Of a stretch of 64,000 bases of DNA, positions 42,564-52,357 are shown one piece after another. Position 1 is the stretch's first letter; each line of letters starts with the position of its first letter. The notes beneath the pieces were generated by a model, which saw nothing but the letters and a program-made list of their open reading frames with translations, did not search any database and was not told the DNA's origin. The stretch is from positions 7,519 through 71,518 of the forward strand of contig CAYSKO010000004.1 of NCBI GenBank assembly GCA_964431835.1. Reading direction: 5' to 3'. Made by a program: the position numbers and the translations under genes. Origin of the DNA: an uncultured Planctomycetia bacterium (GTDB lineage Bacteria; Omnitrophota; Gorgyraeia; 2-02-FULL-51-18).

Positions 42564-43915
42564 CAGCCGCCCGCCAGCTCGCGGAAAACCTTTTTAAAGG
42601 CTTCCCCTCTTTGCTCGAACGAACTGAACTGGTCGAAGCTCGTGCACATCGGGGACAGGAGCAGCGTGTCTCCGGGAGCGGCGGCCTCGAACGCCGCGCG
42701 CACCGCGTCGGCGAAAACGTGTTCTTGGCGGACCTTTCGGAAACGCCGCCACGACGCGGCCATCTTCTGGCGTGCCTCGCCGTACAGCACCGCCGTCTTC
42801 ACTTTTTTCTCGAGCAGCGTCTCAATGGCCTCGAACGAAACTCCCTTGTCCCGGCCTCCAGCGACGAGAACGACCGACCCCTGGACCGCCTCGATCGCCG
42901 CGCGCGTGGAATCGATGGTCGTCGACTTCGAATCGTTAACGAAACGCACCCCGCGGACCTCCCCGAGAGGCTCGATGCGGTGCTCGAGCGTCCGGAACGA
43001 GCCGGCGGTCTTGTCGAGAGATTCGGGCGTCGCGCCGTAGCGGAGGGCGAGTGCGGAAGCGGCCATCAGGTTTTCCAAGTTGTGTTCCCCTTCAAGTGGC
43101 GAGCGGTCGCGCCGAAAAAGTGGGCGCTCCTTCCCCTTTTCAGAAACCACCACGTATCCGGCTTTGACGAAGACGCCCTCCTTGAGGGGAAGTTTCGAGA
43201 AATAGACGACCTTCGGCGCCACGCGGCGCGCCATGCGGCAGACGACGCGGTCGTCGTGATTGAGAACCAAAAGATCCGCGCCGCGCTGATTGGCGAAGAT
43301 GCGCTTCTTCGCGCGTACGTAATTCTCGAAAGTCTTGTGACGGTCGAGGTGGTTCGGGCTAACGTTCAAGACTGCGGCGGCGTCGGGGCGGAGAGTCGGG
43401 GAGTCTTCAAGCTGAAACGAACTCAGTTCAAGTACGACGACGGTCTTTGCGTCCACGTCACCGAGCGCCGAGAGAAACGAGAAACCGACGTTCCCGCAGA
43501 GCACGCTCTTTTTACCCGCGTCGGCCAGCATCCGGTGAAGAAGGTGGCTCGTCGTGGTTTTGCCGTTCGAGCCCGTGATGGCCGCAATGCGCCCGGGGCA
43601 GAAATTGGCGGCCAGTTCGATCTCGCTGATGACGGGGATGCCCTTCGCGCGCGCGGTGGCCAGCGGCAGGCTCTCCCTCGGCACGCCCGGGCTCGTCACG
43701 ACGAGATCGCTGCCCAGGACAAAACCCTCGGTGTGCCGACCGGTTTCGGCGGCTACCCCGAGACTACGGAGATAACCCGCGTTCTCGAGCACCTCCTTCT
43801 TCTCCGAACCGTCGGTCGCGGACACGTGGGCCTTTCGATCGGCGAGAAACTTCGCCGCGGCGAAGCCGCTGCGGCCTAGGCCGACGACCGTGACTTTCTT
43901 CCCTTCGAGCTTCAT
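42563..43915 (-). CDS. murD: UDP-MurNAc-L-Ala--D-Glu ligase
   Basis: ATG 43915; GLGRSG, SPGV, ITGSNGKTTT, ELSSFQL, NDSKST, SFDQF. Confidence 0.96.
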   Translation of the reverse strand: MKLEGKKVTVVGLGRSGFAAAKFLADRKAHVSATDGSEKKEVLENAGYLRSLGVAAETGRHTEGFVLGSDLVVTSPGVPRESLPLATARAKGIPVISEIELAANFCPGRIAAITGSNGKTTTSHLLHRMLADAGKKSVLCGNVGFSFLSALGDVDAKTVVVLELSSFQLEDSPTLRPDAAAVLNVSPNHLDRHKTFENYVRAKKRIFANQRGADLLVLNHDDRVVCRMARRVAPKVVYFSKLPLKEGVFVKAGYVVVSEKGKERPLFRRDRSPLEGEHNLENLMAASALALRYGATPESLDKTAGSFRTLEHRIEPLGEVRGVRFVNDSKSTTIDSTRAAIEAVQGSVVLVAGGRDKGVSFEAIETLLEKKVKTAVLYGEARQKMAASWRRFRKVRQEHVFADAVRAAFEAAAPGDTLLLSPMCTSFDQFSSFEQRGEAFKKVFRELAGG

Positions 43916-45000
43916 TGGAGCTTGAGCGTCGCCAGGCCGAACAAAGAAAGGATGATCGAGACGATCCAAAAGCGGATCACGACTTTCGTTTCCGTGAGGC
44001 CCTTCAGCTGAAAATGATGGTGGATCGGCGCCATGAGAAAGATGCGCTTTTTGCGGGTCTTGTAACTGCCAACCTGCAGGATCACCGAGAGCGCTTCCAT
44101 CACGAAAATACCGCCGACGATGGGGAGTGCGAATTCTTTCTTCGTGAAGATCGCTACCGACCCGAGCGCGCCGCCGAGTGCGAGAGACCCGACGTCCCCC
44201 ATGAACACGGTCGCCGGGTGGGAGTTGAACCAGAGGAAACCCATTCCCGCCCCCGCGAGCGCGGCGCAGAAGACGGTCAGCTCCCCGGCTCCGGGAATGA
44301 ACGGGATTTGCAAGTAGTCGCTGAAGATCGCGTTGCCGGCGACGTAAGCGAACACCGAGTAGGTGAGCGTGATCATGATCGTGCAGCCGATGGCCAAACC
44401 GTCCAGACCGTCGGTGAGGTTCACGGCGTTGGACGCGCCCATGATGACAATCGCGACGAAGGGCACATACAGCGCCCCCATGAGCCATGTCCAGTCCTTC
44501 ACAAACGGAATCGCGACGTTGGACCAAGTAGGGTCCTCGAGATAAAGGAAAAGACCGATTGCGAGGCCGATGACCCCCTGCCCCAGGAGCTTGAGCCGCC
44601 CTGCGAGGCCTTTGGAGTTTTTTTTCGTGAGCTTCAAGTAATCGTCGAGAAAGCCGACGCCGCCGAGCCAGAGCGTCGTGAAAAGACAGATCATGACGTA
44701 ACGGTTCGTGAGATCGACCCAGAGGAGCGTGGAGGCGGTCACCGCTCCCAGGATCAAAAGCCCGCCCATTGTCGGCGTCTTGTCCTTCCCCTTATGGGCC
44801 TCGTAAAGCTGGGAGAATCCCTCGCGCTTGATTGTCTGTTTGAGGTCGAGGTCGGAGAGCCACCGTATCACCTTCGGTCCGATCACGAGACTGATCACGA
44901 ACGCGGTGATCGCCGCCGCGGCGGCGCGGAAAGTGATGTACCGCACGACGTTAAAACCGAAGAACCAGTCTCTTAGCGGGTAGAGGAGGTGGTAAAACAC
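43912..45000 (-). CDS. mraY: Phospho-MurNAc-pentapeptide transferase
   Basis: TPTMGG, DDYLK, NAVNLTDGLDGLA, FMGDVGS, MAPIHHHF. Confidence 0.97.
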   Translation of the reverse strand: MFYHLLYPLRDWFFGFNVVRYITFRAAAAAITAFVISLVIGPKVIRWLSDLDLKQTIKREGFSQLYEAHKGKDKTPTMGGLLILGAVTASTLLWVDLTNRYVMICLFTTLWLGGVGFLDDYLKLTKKNSKGLAGRLKLLGQGVIGLAIGLFLYLEDPTWSNVAIPFVKDWTWLMGALYVPFVAIVIMGASNAVNLTDGLDGLAIGCTIMITLTYSVFAYVAGNAIFSDYLQIPFIPGAGELTVFCAALAGAGMGFLWFNSHPATVFMGDVGSLALGGALGSVAIFTKKEFALPIVGGIFVMEALSVILQVGSYKTRKKRIFLMAPIHHHFQLKGLTETKVVIRFWIVSIILSLFGLATLKLQ

Positions 45001-46355
45001 TCGAACACCTTTTCCATCTGCATGCCGCGCGAGCCCTTCACGAGGACCCGGTCGCCGGCCTGAACGGTTTCTTTGAGGAATTTCCCGGCCTCGGCGCTCG
45101 ACTTCGCGTGACGGATGCGCTGGGGGTCGAAGCCGTGTTTGAGTGCCTCGTCGACGAGGTGTGCCGAAAGAGGTCCGGTCGCGATGACGTAATCGAAGAG
45201 AAGCTCAGCGATGAGCGCGCCGAGCTGGCGGTGAAGCTCCTCGGAATGAGAGCCGAGCTCAAGCATGTCGCCGCAGACGACGCCTTTCCTCTCGCGGATC
45301 TTAAGTTCCCGGAGCGTTTCGAGCGCGGCGCGGAAGGATGCTGGGTTCGAGTTGTACGAATCATCGATGAAGTAGATTCCGGCCAGGGTCTTTGGCGAGA
45401 GGCGACCGGGCACGGGCTTGAATGTGGAGAGTGCCTTTTTCACGGAGTCATCGTCGACGCCTAGCGCGGCGGCGATCGCGATGGCGAACTGGCAGTTCTG
45501 CACGTTGTGCCGCCCCACGAGAGGCGTCTCGTAAAGAACGGCTCCGATATGGAAGGAAGTCCCCTTTTCGTGGCACCAGACCTGCTCTGCAATCACGTCA
45601 CAGCCTTCCTTCGACAGACCGACCCGGACCACGCGGTGCACACCGCTCTTTACACCGGAGAGATTGGGATCGTGCCCGTTCAAAATGATCACGCCGCCCC
45701 GGTCGATGGCTTTAAGGAGGGAAAGTTTTTCCTCGCGGACACCGTCGACCGACTTCAAGCCCTCGAGATGGGACGGCGCGACGAGCGTGATCGCGCCGAT
45801 CTGCGGCGAGGCGATCGAAGCCAGCCGCTCGATCTCGCCCGGGAGGTTCGTCCCCAGCTCGAGGATGACCGCCTCGTGCGAGGCGTCGAGTTGGAGAAGC
45901 GTTTTGGGCACGCCGATGAGATTGTTCTCGGTGCCGCGGTTCTTCAAAACTTTGAGCTTCTGCGAAAGGACGTGCGCGACGAGCTCTTTCACAGTCGTCT
46001 TGCCGGAGCTTCCAGTGATCCCTACGACCGGAACGCGGAAGCGCAGGCGCCAGGCCTTCGCCAGGTCGCCGTAAGCCGCGAGCGTGTCCTTCACTTCGAC
46101 AAACTCGGCGGTCTTCTTGAGTTCCGCGGTGACACGCTTCGTGTCCGAGACAACGCAGGTACGCGCGCCCTTTTCGATGGCCTCCTTCAGGAAGTCGTGG
46201 CCGTCGAAGGACGGCCCTTTGAGGGCGAAGAAGACGTCGTCCTTCTCGATGGTGCGCGTGTCGGTGGAGACGCGATTCACGGGGCGGGCGTCGTCGATCG
46301 CGCCGAGCGGTTTCCCGTTCACGGCACGGACGATCTCCGAGAGTTTAATTTCCAC
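44973..46355 (-). CDS. murF: UDP-MurNAc-tripeptide--D-Ala-D-Ala ligase
   Basis: GTG 46355; STDTR, ITGSSGKTTVKE, DDSYNSNP, GDMLELG, LVKGSRG. Confidence 0.96.
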   Translation of the reverse strand: MEIKLSEIVRAVNGKPLGAIDDARPVNRVSTDTRTIEKDDVFFALKGPSFDGHDFLKEAIEKGARTCVVSDTKRVTAELKKTAEFVEVKDTLAAYGDLAKAWRLRFRVPVVGITGSSGKTTVKELVAHVLSQKLKVLKNRGTENNLIGVPKTLLQLDASHEAVILELGTNLPGEIERLASIASPQIGAITLVAPSHLEGLKSVDGVREEKLSLLKAIDRGGVIILNGHDPNLSGVKSGVHRVVRVGLSKEGCDVIAEQVWCHEKGTSFHIGAVLYETPLVGRHNVQNCQFAIAIAAALGVDDDSVKKALSTFKPVPGRLSPKTLAGIYFIDDSYNSNPASFRAALETLRELKIRERKGVVCGDMLELGSHSEELHRQLGALIAELLFDYVIATGPLSAHLVDEALKHGFDPQRIRHAKSSAEAGKFLKETVQAGDRVLVKGSRGMQMEKVFECFTTSSTR

Positions 46356-47805
46356 GCAGGACCCTCTCGGCTTCCTCGCGGTCGGAAAAAGGAAGCATCT
46401 CCGCGCCGACAATCTGCGTGCGTTCATGGCCTTTGCCGGCCAAGATTACGATGTCGCCCGCGCGGGCGGCCAAGAGTGCCTGGCGAATCGCTTTGCGCCG
46501 GTCGAGCACGACCGCGTGCGGGAACGCGTGCGGGAAACCGGCGACGATCTCGTCGGCGATCGCGCGGGGGTTTTCGGAGCGAGGGTTGTCCGACGTCACA
46601 ATCACCGAGTCCGCGAGCGCTGCCGCGACGGCGGCCATCCGGGGACGTTTGGTGCGGTCGCGGTCTCCGCCGCAGCCGAAGACGAGGATGAGCTTGCCGC
46701 GTTTGTAGGGTTGAAGGCTTCTCAAGACGTTCTCCAAGCCGTCCGGCGTGTGCGCGAAATCGACGTACACGCCGAATTCCTGTCCGCCGTCGATGGACTC
46801 GAGCCGGCCGGGCACGCCCGAAAACGTGCCAAGCGCTTTCGCGGCGGCGTGCGGGTCGAACCCGAGCGCGGCCGCCGCCCCGACGGCCGCGAGCGCATTC
46901 AAAACGTTGTGGCTCCCGATCAGCGGAAGATCCACCGCCGTGCGGCCGCTTCTATAAAGGAAGTCGAACGTCGTGCCGCCCGTTCCCGGCCGGACGTTCG
47001 CGGCGGCGAGATCCGAGCCGGCCGAAACGCCGTAGGTCAGCACTTTCGAGCGCGTCATGCCGCAGAGACGTTTTCCGTGTGCGTCGTCGGCGTTCAGCAC
47101 GGCGGTCTGGCGTGCGCCCAGCGAAAGAAAAAGGCGGGCCTTTGCCTCGAAATACTTCTCGAGCGTCCCGTGGTAGTCGAGATGGTCCTGGGTGAGGTTG
47201 GTGAACACCGCCGCGTCGAAGTCGATGCCTGCGGTGCGCCGCTGGTCGAGGGCGTGCGATGAAGTTTCCATGACCGCGTGCCCGCAGCCGGCAGCGACCA
47301 TTTCGGCTAGCATCTCCTGGAGTCGCAGCGGGCCCGGGGTCGTTTCGACGGCCGGGATGTCCTTCCCCGCGTAGCGGTAGCTGACGGTCCCGATGACGCC
47401 GCACGGCTTGCCGGCCGCCTTGAGGATGTGTTCGAAAAGATAACTCGTCGTGGTCTTCCCGTTCGTGCCGGTAACAGCCACCGTCTTCATTTTCTTGGCG
47501 GGATACCCGTAAAACACGGCGGCCAGTCTAGCGGCGGCCAGGCGGCCGTCTCCGACCGTGAGAAACGGCACCCCGACAGGAACGTCCACACGCGCGCCGT
47601 CCCCGATCACCGCGACCGCGCCGCGTTCGAGCGCCTCGCGCACGAACTGCGCGCCATCGGCCTTCACGCCCCGGATCGCCACGAAAACGAAGTCACGTCC
47701 CACTTTCCGGGAATCGCACTCGAGCCCGAGAATGGGACGGTCCGGCAGCGCCGAGACGCCCAGCTCCGGACACGCCTCCTGGACGAGCTTCTTGAGTGAA
47801 ATCAT
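46345..47805 (-). CDS. murE: UDP-MurNAc-dipeptide--meso-DAP ligase
   Basis: VTGTNGKTTT, NLTQDHLDYH, DFAHTPD, GCGGDRD, DNPR (DAP-specific motif). Confidence 0.97.
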   Translation of the reverse strand: MISLKKLVQEACPELGVSALPDRPILGLECDSRKVGRDFVFVAIRGVKADGAQFVREALERGAVAVIGDGARVDVPVGVPFLTVGDGRLAAARLAAVFYGYPAKKMKTVAVTGTNGKTTTSYLFEHILKAAGKPCGVIGTVSYRYAGKDIPAVETTPGPLRLQEMLAEMVAAGCGHAVMETSSHALDQRRTAGIDFDAAVFTNLTQDHLDYHGTLEKYFEAKARLFLSLGARQTAVLNADDAHGKRLCGMTRSKVLTYGVSAGSDLAAANVRPGTGGTTFDFLYRSGRTAVDLPLIGSHNVLNALAAVGAAAALGFDPHAAAKALGTFSGVPGRLESIDGGQEFGVYVDFAHTPDGLENVLRSLQPYKRGKLILVFGCGGDRDRTKRPRMAAVAAALADSVIVTSDNPRSENPRAIADEIVAGFPHAFPHAVVLDRRKAIRQALLAARAGDIVILAGKGHERTQIVGAEMLPFSDREEAERVLRGN

Positions 47806-49577
47806 CGGGCCGTCGCCGCCGCGGCCGGCGCGTTTTGGGGCTTCTTATACAAAGGTTTCCTGAGGGTGGAGTTTTTGACGACTTCGGACGGAATCTCGGT
47901 CCGTGAGACTCCCCAGTACGAGAGAATTCCCGAGGCGACGCGGGAGAACGCGGGAGCCGCAACCTCGCCGCCAAAAATAACCGGGTGCGGTTCGTCGATG
48001 GAAACCACCATCACGAGCTTCGGTTCGTCGTATGGAACGAAACCGGTGAACGACGCCACGAAATGGTCGTGCGAATAGCCGCCCTCGGGGAGAATTTTCT
48101 GCGCGGTCCCGGTTTTACCCGCCGCCTTAAAGCCGGGGACGGCGGCTTTCTTGCCCGTTCCGCGCGCGACGACGCCCTCGAGCACCGAACGCACCTGGAG
48201 GGACGTTTCTTTCGAAATGACGCGGCGCACCGCCTCGGGCTCGTAGCTTTGCACGACCCGACCGTCTTGATCCTCGATGCGCAGAAGAATACGCGGCTTC
48301 ATGAGTACGCCGTCGTTGGCGAGCGCGCCCATCGCGCAGACCATCTGGATCGGCGTGACGGCGACGCCTTGCCCGATCGGGATATTGATGATGGAGCTCC
48401 TCGACCAGTTGCGCGGATGCGGGACGATGCCGCCCACTTCGCCGGCGAGTGCGATGCCCGTACGGTCGCCGAACCCGAAATCGCGGATAGTCTTGTGGAG
48501 CTTCGTCGCGCCCAAACGCATCGCGCCCTTCACGGTGCCGATGTTCGATGATTTCTCGATAACCTCCCGGAACGTGAGGACTCCCGACCCGTGGTGATCG
48601 TGCAACACGCGCCCGGCGACGCGCCAGGACCCGCGTTCGCAGTCGAACTTCTCTTCCAGTCCGATGGTCTTGTTCTCGAGGATCGAAGCGAGCGTGATAC
48701 CCTTGAAGATGGAACCGGGTTCGTAAATGTCGGTAATCGCACGGTTGCGGCGGTCGGATGTTTTTGATTTACGTGCGTTGTTCGGATCATAAATCGGCCA
48801 GGTGGACATCGCCAGAACGTCGCCCGTTCGTGGTTCGAGCACAATGATCGAGCCGCCGATCGCGTTGTGCTTTTTGCAGGTTTCTTCGAGCTCCTTGTCC
48901 GCGATCGACTGGATCACTTCGTCGATCGTCAGATGGATATTGTAGCCGTGGACCGGCGGAACGAGCTCGATCTCCTTCGAAATCAGCTCCCGCTGCTTGG
49001 CGTCCCTCTGGGCGAGACGCCAGCCCGGCACGCCTTTCAGGAAACTATTGTACTGGAGCTCGATGCCTTCCAAACCGTTGTTGTCGATGTCCGTGAATCC
49101 GACCAAGTGGCACGCCGTCTCGCCCTTCGGATACACGCGCATGGACTCCTTCTCGAAACCGATGCCCTCGAGCTTCATTTTCTTGATGGCCTCTACTTTC
49201 GAGACCGGCAGCTTACGCGCAATCCAGACGAACAGCTTGTCGCGCGATATCTTTTCCAATAGGACGCCCCGGTCGAGGCCAAGCGTGCGAGAGAGGGCGT
49301 CGGCGACCTTCGCCTTGTCCTTGATCTCGCGGGCGACGACGTAGAGCGAGTCGAGGCGAACGTCGAGTGCGAATTCGCGGCCGGCGCGGTCCATAATGCG
49401 ACCGCGGGCAGGCTGCATTTCGATCGTCGAGCGCGACTGCCCGCGCTGGAGCGTCGTGAATTTGGAGGATTTTAGGATTTGGAGGAAGCCGAGACGAACG
49501 AGGAGCCCGAAGAGGGCTAGGATGAAAAAGGAGAAGATGAGGAATAAGCGCGCTTTAGGAAGCCTTGTCTCGGCCAA
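47802..49577 (-). CDS. ftsI: Class B penicillin-binding protein FtsI/PBP3
   Basis: TM, RGRIMDR, R.YPKG, EPGSIFK (SxxK), SSN, KTGT. Confidence 0.94.
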   Translation of the reverse strand: MAETRLPKARLFLIFSFFILALFGLLVRLGFLQILKSSKFTTLQRGQSRSTIEMQPARGRIMDRAGREFALDVRLDSLYVVAREIKDKAKVADALSRTLGLDRGVLLEKISRDKLFVWIARKLPVSKVEAIKKMKLEGIGFEKESMRVYPKGETACHLVGFTDIDNNGLEGIELQYNSFLKGVPGWRLAQRDAKQRELISKEIELVPPVHGYNIHLTIDEVIQSIADKELEETCKKHNAIGGSIIVLEPRTGDVLAMSTWPIYDPNNARKSKTSDRRNRAITDIYEPGSIFKGITLASILENKTIGLEEKFDCERGSWRVAGRVLHDHHGSGVLTFREVIEKSSNIGTVKGAMRLGATKLHKTIRDFGFGDRTGIALAGEVGGIVPHPRNWSRSSIINIPIGQGVAVTPIQMVCAMGALANDGVLMKPRILLRIEDQDGRVVQSYEPEAVRRVISKETSLQVRSVLEGVVARGTGKKAAVPGFKAAGKTGTAQKILPEGGYSHDHFVASFTGFVPYDEPKLVMVVSIDEPHPVIFGGEVAAPAFSRVASGILSYWGVSRTEIPSEVVKNSTLRKPLYKKPQNAPAAAATAR

Positions 49578-49665
49578 AATGATAAAAGTGCGATCGCTCG
49601 CACCCCTGTAGTTTTCGGTCGTTTACGACGCCGCGCCGCCGATGCCGGACAATGAATCTTTGGAG

Positions 49666-50019
49666 CTACCGCGAACTTTCCTTGGCCTCGGCTCTCGCCG
49701 TGCCCATGAACAGTTTGCCGAACACCTGCGGGCGCGCAACCGCGGCGTGCGACTTGCGCACTCCCGGCATCACCAGCGTCTGCCACTGCTTCGGCGACTC
49801 GAGCTGGATCCGCTGAGCCTGCAAACGCCGCTCGAGAGTATGCGGCGCTTTCAGTCGAGCGATATTGTACTTGAGGGCTCTACCGCGGTCAAGCGCCTGG
49901 AGCTTCGTTTCCTCGATTTTTCGGATGTCGTAGCCGATCTTAACCGCTTCCACCTCGGCGTAGACATAAAAGAGAGAGGCGAGCGTCGCCAGAGCCAGTC
50001 CGAACCCGAAACGCTTCAT
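49666..50019 (-). CDS. ftsL: FtsL-like small bitopic coiled-coil protein
   Basis: TM helix then coiled coil (GYDIRK..IARLKAP); sits between rsmH and ftsI. Confidence 0.65.
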   Translation of the reverse strand: MKRFGFGLALATLASLFYVYAEVEAVKIGYDIRKIEETKLQALDRGRALKYNIARLKAPHTLERRLQAQRIQLESPKQWQTLVMPGVRKSHAAVARPQVFGKLFMGTARAEAKESSR

Positions 50020-50918
50020 CGCGCGTCCTCCGCGGCTTTACGAAACGCCCGGAGTTTCGCGCTGCGGGAGCGCGGATTCGAGGCCGTTTCGACGTCGGAG
50101 GCGGTCACCGGCTTCTTCGTGAGGATCTCCCCTTTACCGCCGTCCTGGAACGAGCGGAACGCGCGCTTGACGATGCGGTCCTCGAGAGAATGAAACGAGA
50201 TGATCGTGAGCCTTCCGCCCGGCGCCAGAATGTCGAGCGCGGACTCGAGGAAAGTGGAAAGAGATTCGAGTTCGTGGTTCACGGCGATACGGAGCGCTTG
50301 AAACGTGCGCGTCGCCGGATGGATGCGGCCGTAGCGGTAAGGCGCAGGAACCGCGGAGCGCACGAGCTCAGCGAGCTCGGCCGTCGTCTTGAGCGGAGCT
50401 GATGCGCGGGCCATCGCGATGCGGCCGGCGATACGGCGAGCGTAGCGCTCTTCCCCGTATTCGCGGATGATGCGTTCGATCTCGTGCTCCGGAAGCCGGT
50501 TCACGAGATCCGCGGCGGTCGGTCCGGTGCCGGGGTTCATTCGCATGTCGAGCGGGCCTTCCTGCGAGAACGAGAAGCCGCGAGCCGGCTCATCCACCTG
50601 AGGTGAGGAGACGCCCAGATCCAAAAGCAGGGAGTCCACGCGGCCGACTCCGGCGTCGCGCAGCCTGTTTACCATGTTTTTGAAATCGTCGTTCATGATC
50701 ATGACTTTATCCCCGTGTGCCCTTAGTCTCTCGCCCGCCGCCCGAACCGCGCTCGGATCCTTGTCGAATCCGATCAGCCGGCCGTCAGGCCCTAGTTTTT
50801 CTAGAATGCGTTCGGCATGCCCACCGTAGCCAACCGTGCCGTCCACGGCCGTCTCGCCCGGCCGAGGCGCGAGAAAGTGCAATGTTTCCTCTAAAAGAAC
50901 GCTTGTATGCGGACCCAT
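50016..50918 (-). CDS. rsmH: 16S rRNA m4C1402 methyltransferase
   Basis: HTSVLLEE, DGTVGYGGH, DLGVSSPQ, LDMRM, FHSLEDR, NPRSRSAKLR. Confidence 0.97.
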   Translation of the reverse strand: MGPHTSVLLEETLHFLAPRPGETAVDGTVGYGGHAERILEKLGPDGRLIGFDKDPSAVRAAGERLRAHGDKVMIMNDDFKNMVNRLRDAGVGRVDSLLLDLGVSSPQVDEPARGFSFSQEGPLDMRMNPGTGPTAADLVNRLPEHEIERIIREYGEERYARRIAGRIAMARASAPLKTTAELAELVRSAVPAPYRYGRIHPATRTFQALRIAVNHELESLSTFLESALDILAPGGRLTIISFHSLEDRIVKRAFRSFQDGGKGEILTKKPVTASDVETASNPRSRSAKLRAFRKAAEDAR

Positions 50919-50943
50919 GCCCCCTCAGCACGACGGCGGCCCG

Positions 50944-51129
50944 TCAGCGCGTACGCGCCTTTGCCTTCGTGATGAACACGAATTCCCGGATTTTCTTCAC
51001 GCTGAGAAGACGGTCGAAGAACACGCGCGAATCGCCGTCCAGTCCGGAAAACGGCGGCAGCGCGTTACGGCGCTTGTCGTTTTCGACGGAGTCGAGCCCG
51101 TGAAGGTAGAGCCGGTTCTTCTTCATCAT
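50944..51129 (-). CDS. Small basic hypothetical protein (61 aa) between mraZ and rsmH
   Basis: SD AAGGGGG before ATGATG; ORF fills the mraZ-rsmH gap (16 and 25 nt spacers). Confidence 0.65.
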   Translation of the reverse strand: MMKKNRLYLHGLDSVENDKRRNALPPFSGLDGDSRVFFDRLLSVKKIREFVFITKAKARTR

Positions 51130-51145
51130 GGCGTCCCCCTTTTGT

Positions 51146-51607
51146 TCAAGGCGTCTGTGGATTCTCAAGCGTACCACCGTACAACTTCTCCGCGATCTTC
51201 TCGAACGAGTCCTTCGTGTTCGCGAAGTACTGCTGCCAGCCTTCCTTCGCCCAGATTTCCATGCGGTTCGACACGCCCACGATCATCACGTCGCGCTTGA
51301 TCTGGGCGAAATCCTTCAGGTAATCCGGTATTAGAACCCGACCCTGCTTATCGCAGGTGACTTCGCACGCGCCCGAGAAGTAGAGGCGGTTGAATTGCCG
51401 CGCCTCGCTAGAAGTGAAAGGTAGGGCCTTGAAGCGGGCCTCCTGCTTTCGCCATTCCTCCTCGGTGAAGACGAAGAGACATGTATCCAAACCCCGAGTG
51501 ACAAAAAATCGTTCCACATAATTTTCTTTGAATACCTCCCGGAATTTCGACGGGATAATGAGCCGCCCTTTGCGATCGATGCTGTGCTCATGCTCACCGT
51601 AGAACAT
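51146..51607 (-). CDS. mraZ: Division/cell wall cluster repressor MraZ
   Basis: MFYGEHEHSIDRKGRLIIPSKFR, DKQGRVLIP, GVSNRMEIW. Confidence 0.97.
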   Translation of the reverse strand: MFYGEHEHSIDRKGRLIIPSKFREVFKENYVERFFVTRGLDTCLFVFTEEEWRKQEARFKALPFTSSEARQFNRLYFSGACEVTCDKQGRVLIPDYLKDFAQIKRDVMIVGVSNRMEIWAKEGWQQYFANTKDSFEKIAEKLYGGTLENPQTP

Positions 51608-51617
51608 TCTGCGTATC

Positions 51618-51654
51618 CCCCACTTTTCACCACTTTGTGGCCCGTCCTGCCACA
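51618..51654 (-). promoter_or_regulatory. MraZ-binding direct repeats
   Basis: GTGG at exact 10-bp phase (51650-53, 51630-33, 51620-23; degenerate GGGC at 51640-43), two in AAAGTGG context. Confidence 0.8.
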
Positions 51655-51683
51655 ACTATACCCCAGGGGATGTACACTGTCAA
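51655..51683 (-). promoter_or_regulatory. sigma70 promoter of the dcw operon
   Basis: TTGACA-17 bp-TATAGT with AT-rich upstream tract. Confidence 0.85.
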
Positions 51684-51845
51684 TAGTATTTTTGTTAGTT
51701 CTTTGTAAATATTGCTTAAACCGGCTCAGGGAAACTCCTCTGTGAGGGTAGTTAGTCGACAAAACATGATGGTTAGCCGGGAGGGCGGTGGAGGCAAATC
51801 CCAAAAAGCGAGGAAATAAGAGGGCCATCCGGGGCGAATTCGTCT

Positions 51846-52355
51846 TCAGCGCTCCCCACCCTCCGCTTTCGAAGCTTTTTCCTTTTCGCGCAGTTTGCGC
51901 GCAGTCTCATTGATGACATCGGCCAGCTCGCGCAGTTCGTCCCCTTTGCGTAGAACGAGTTTCACGTCGAAGCGGCCCTCACCCAAATTACGGAGCGCGG
52001 CATAGATCTTCGGCAACGGGCCGGCCACGCGGTGCGAGAAACGGATCGACATCCACACGACGAACGGCACTACCACGATAAGACTGATGAAAGCCGTCGC
52101 GTACACGGAGCGGAATATTTCGACCAGGCGTCCCTGCGGGTACACCGCCGCGAGCCTCTCCCCCATCAGCATGAACGTCGAGAAGAACGTCGCTAAGGAC
52201 GTCATCGCGCACGAGAAAAGGACGAACTTGAGGACGAAGCGCGTGAAGCGGAACTGAAGCCCGCGGTCGACGAGATACTTTTTACGCTTGAAAGGCTTCG
52301 GCGGAGCCGGAGAAACAGGCGCGGACGCGGGAACGGGGTCGACCGGTTCGGGCAT
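51846..52355 (-). CDS. Small two-TM membrane protein with HAMP-like domain
   Basis: KRKKYLVDRGLQFRF, two TM helices, SHRVAGPL...LRKGDELRELADVIN. Confidence 0.75.
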   Translation of the reverse strand: MPEPVDPVPASAPVSPAPPKPFKRKKYLVDRGLQFRFTRFVLKFVLFSCAMTSLATFFSTFMLMGERLAAVYPQGRLVEIFRSVYATAFISLIVVVPFVVWMSIRFSHRVAGPLPKIYAALRNLGEGRFDVKLVLRKGDELRELADVINETARKLREKEKASKAEGGER

Positions 52356-52357
52356 TT

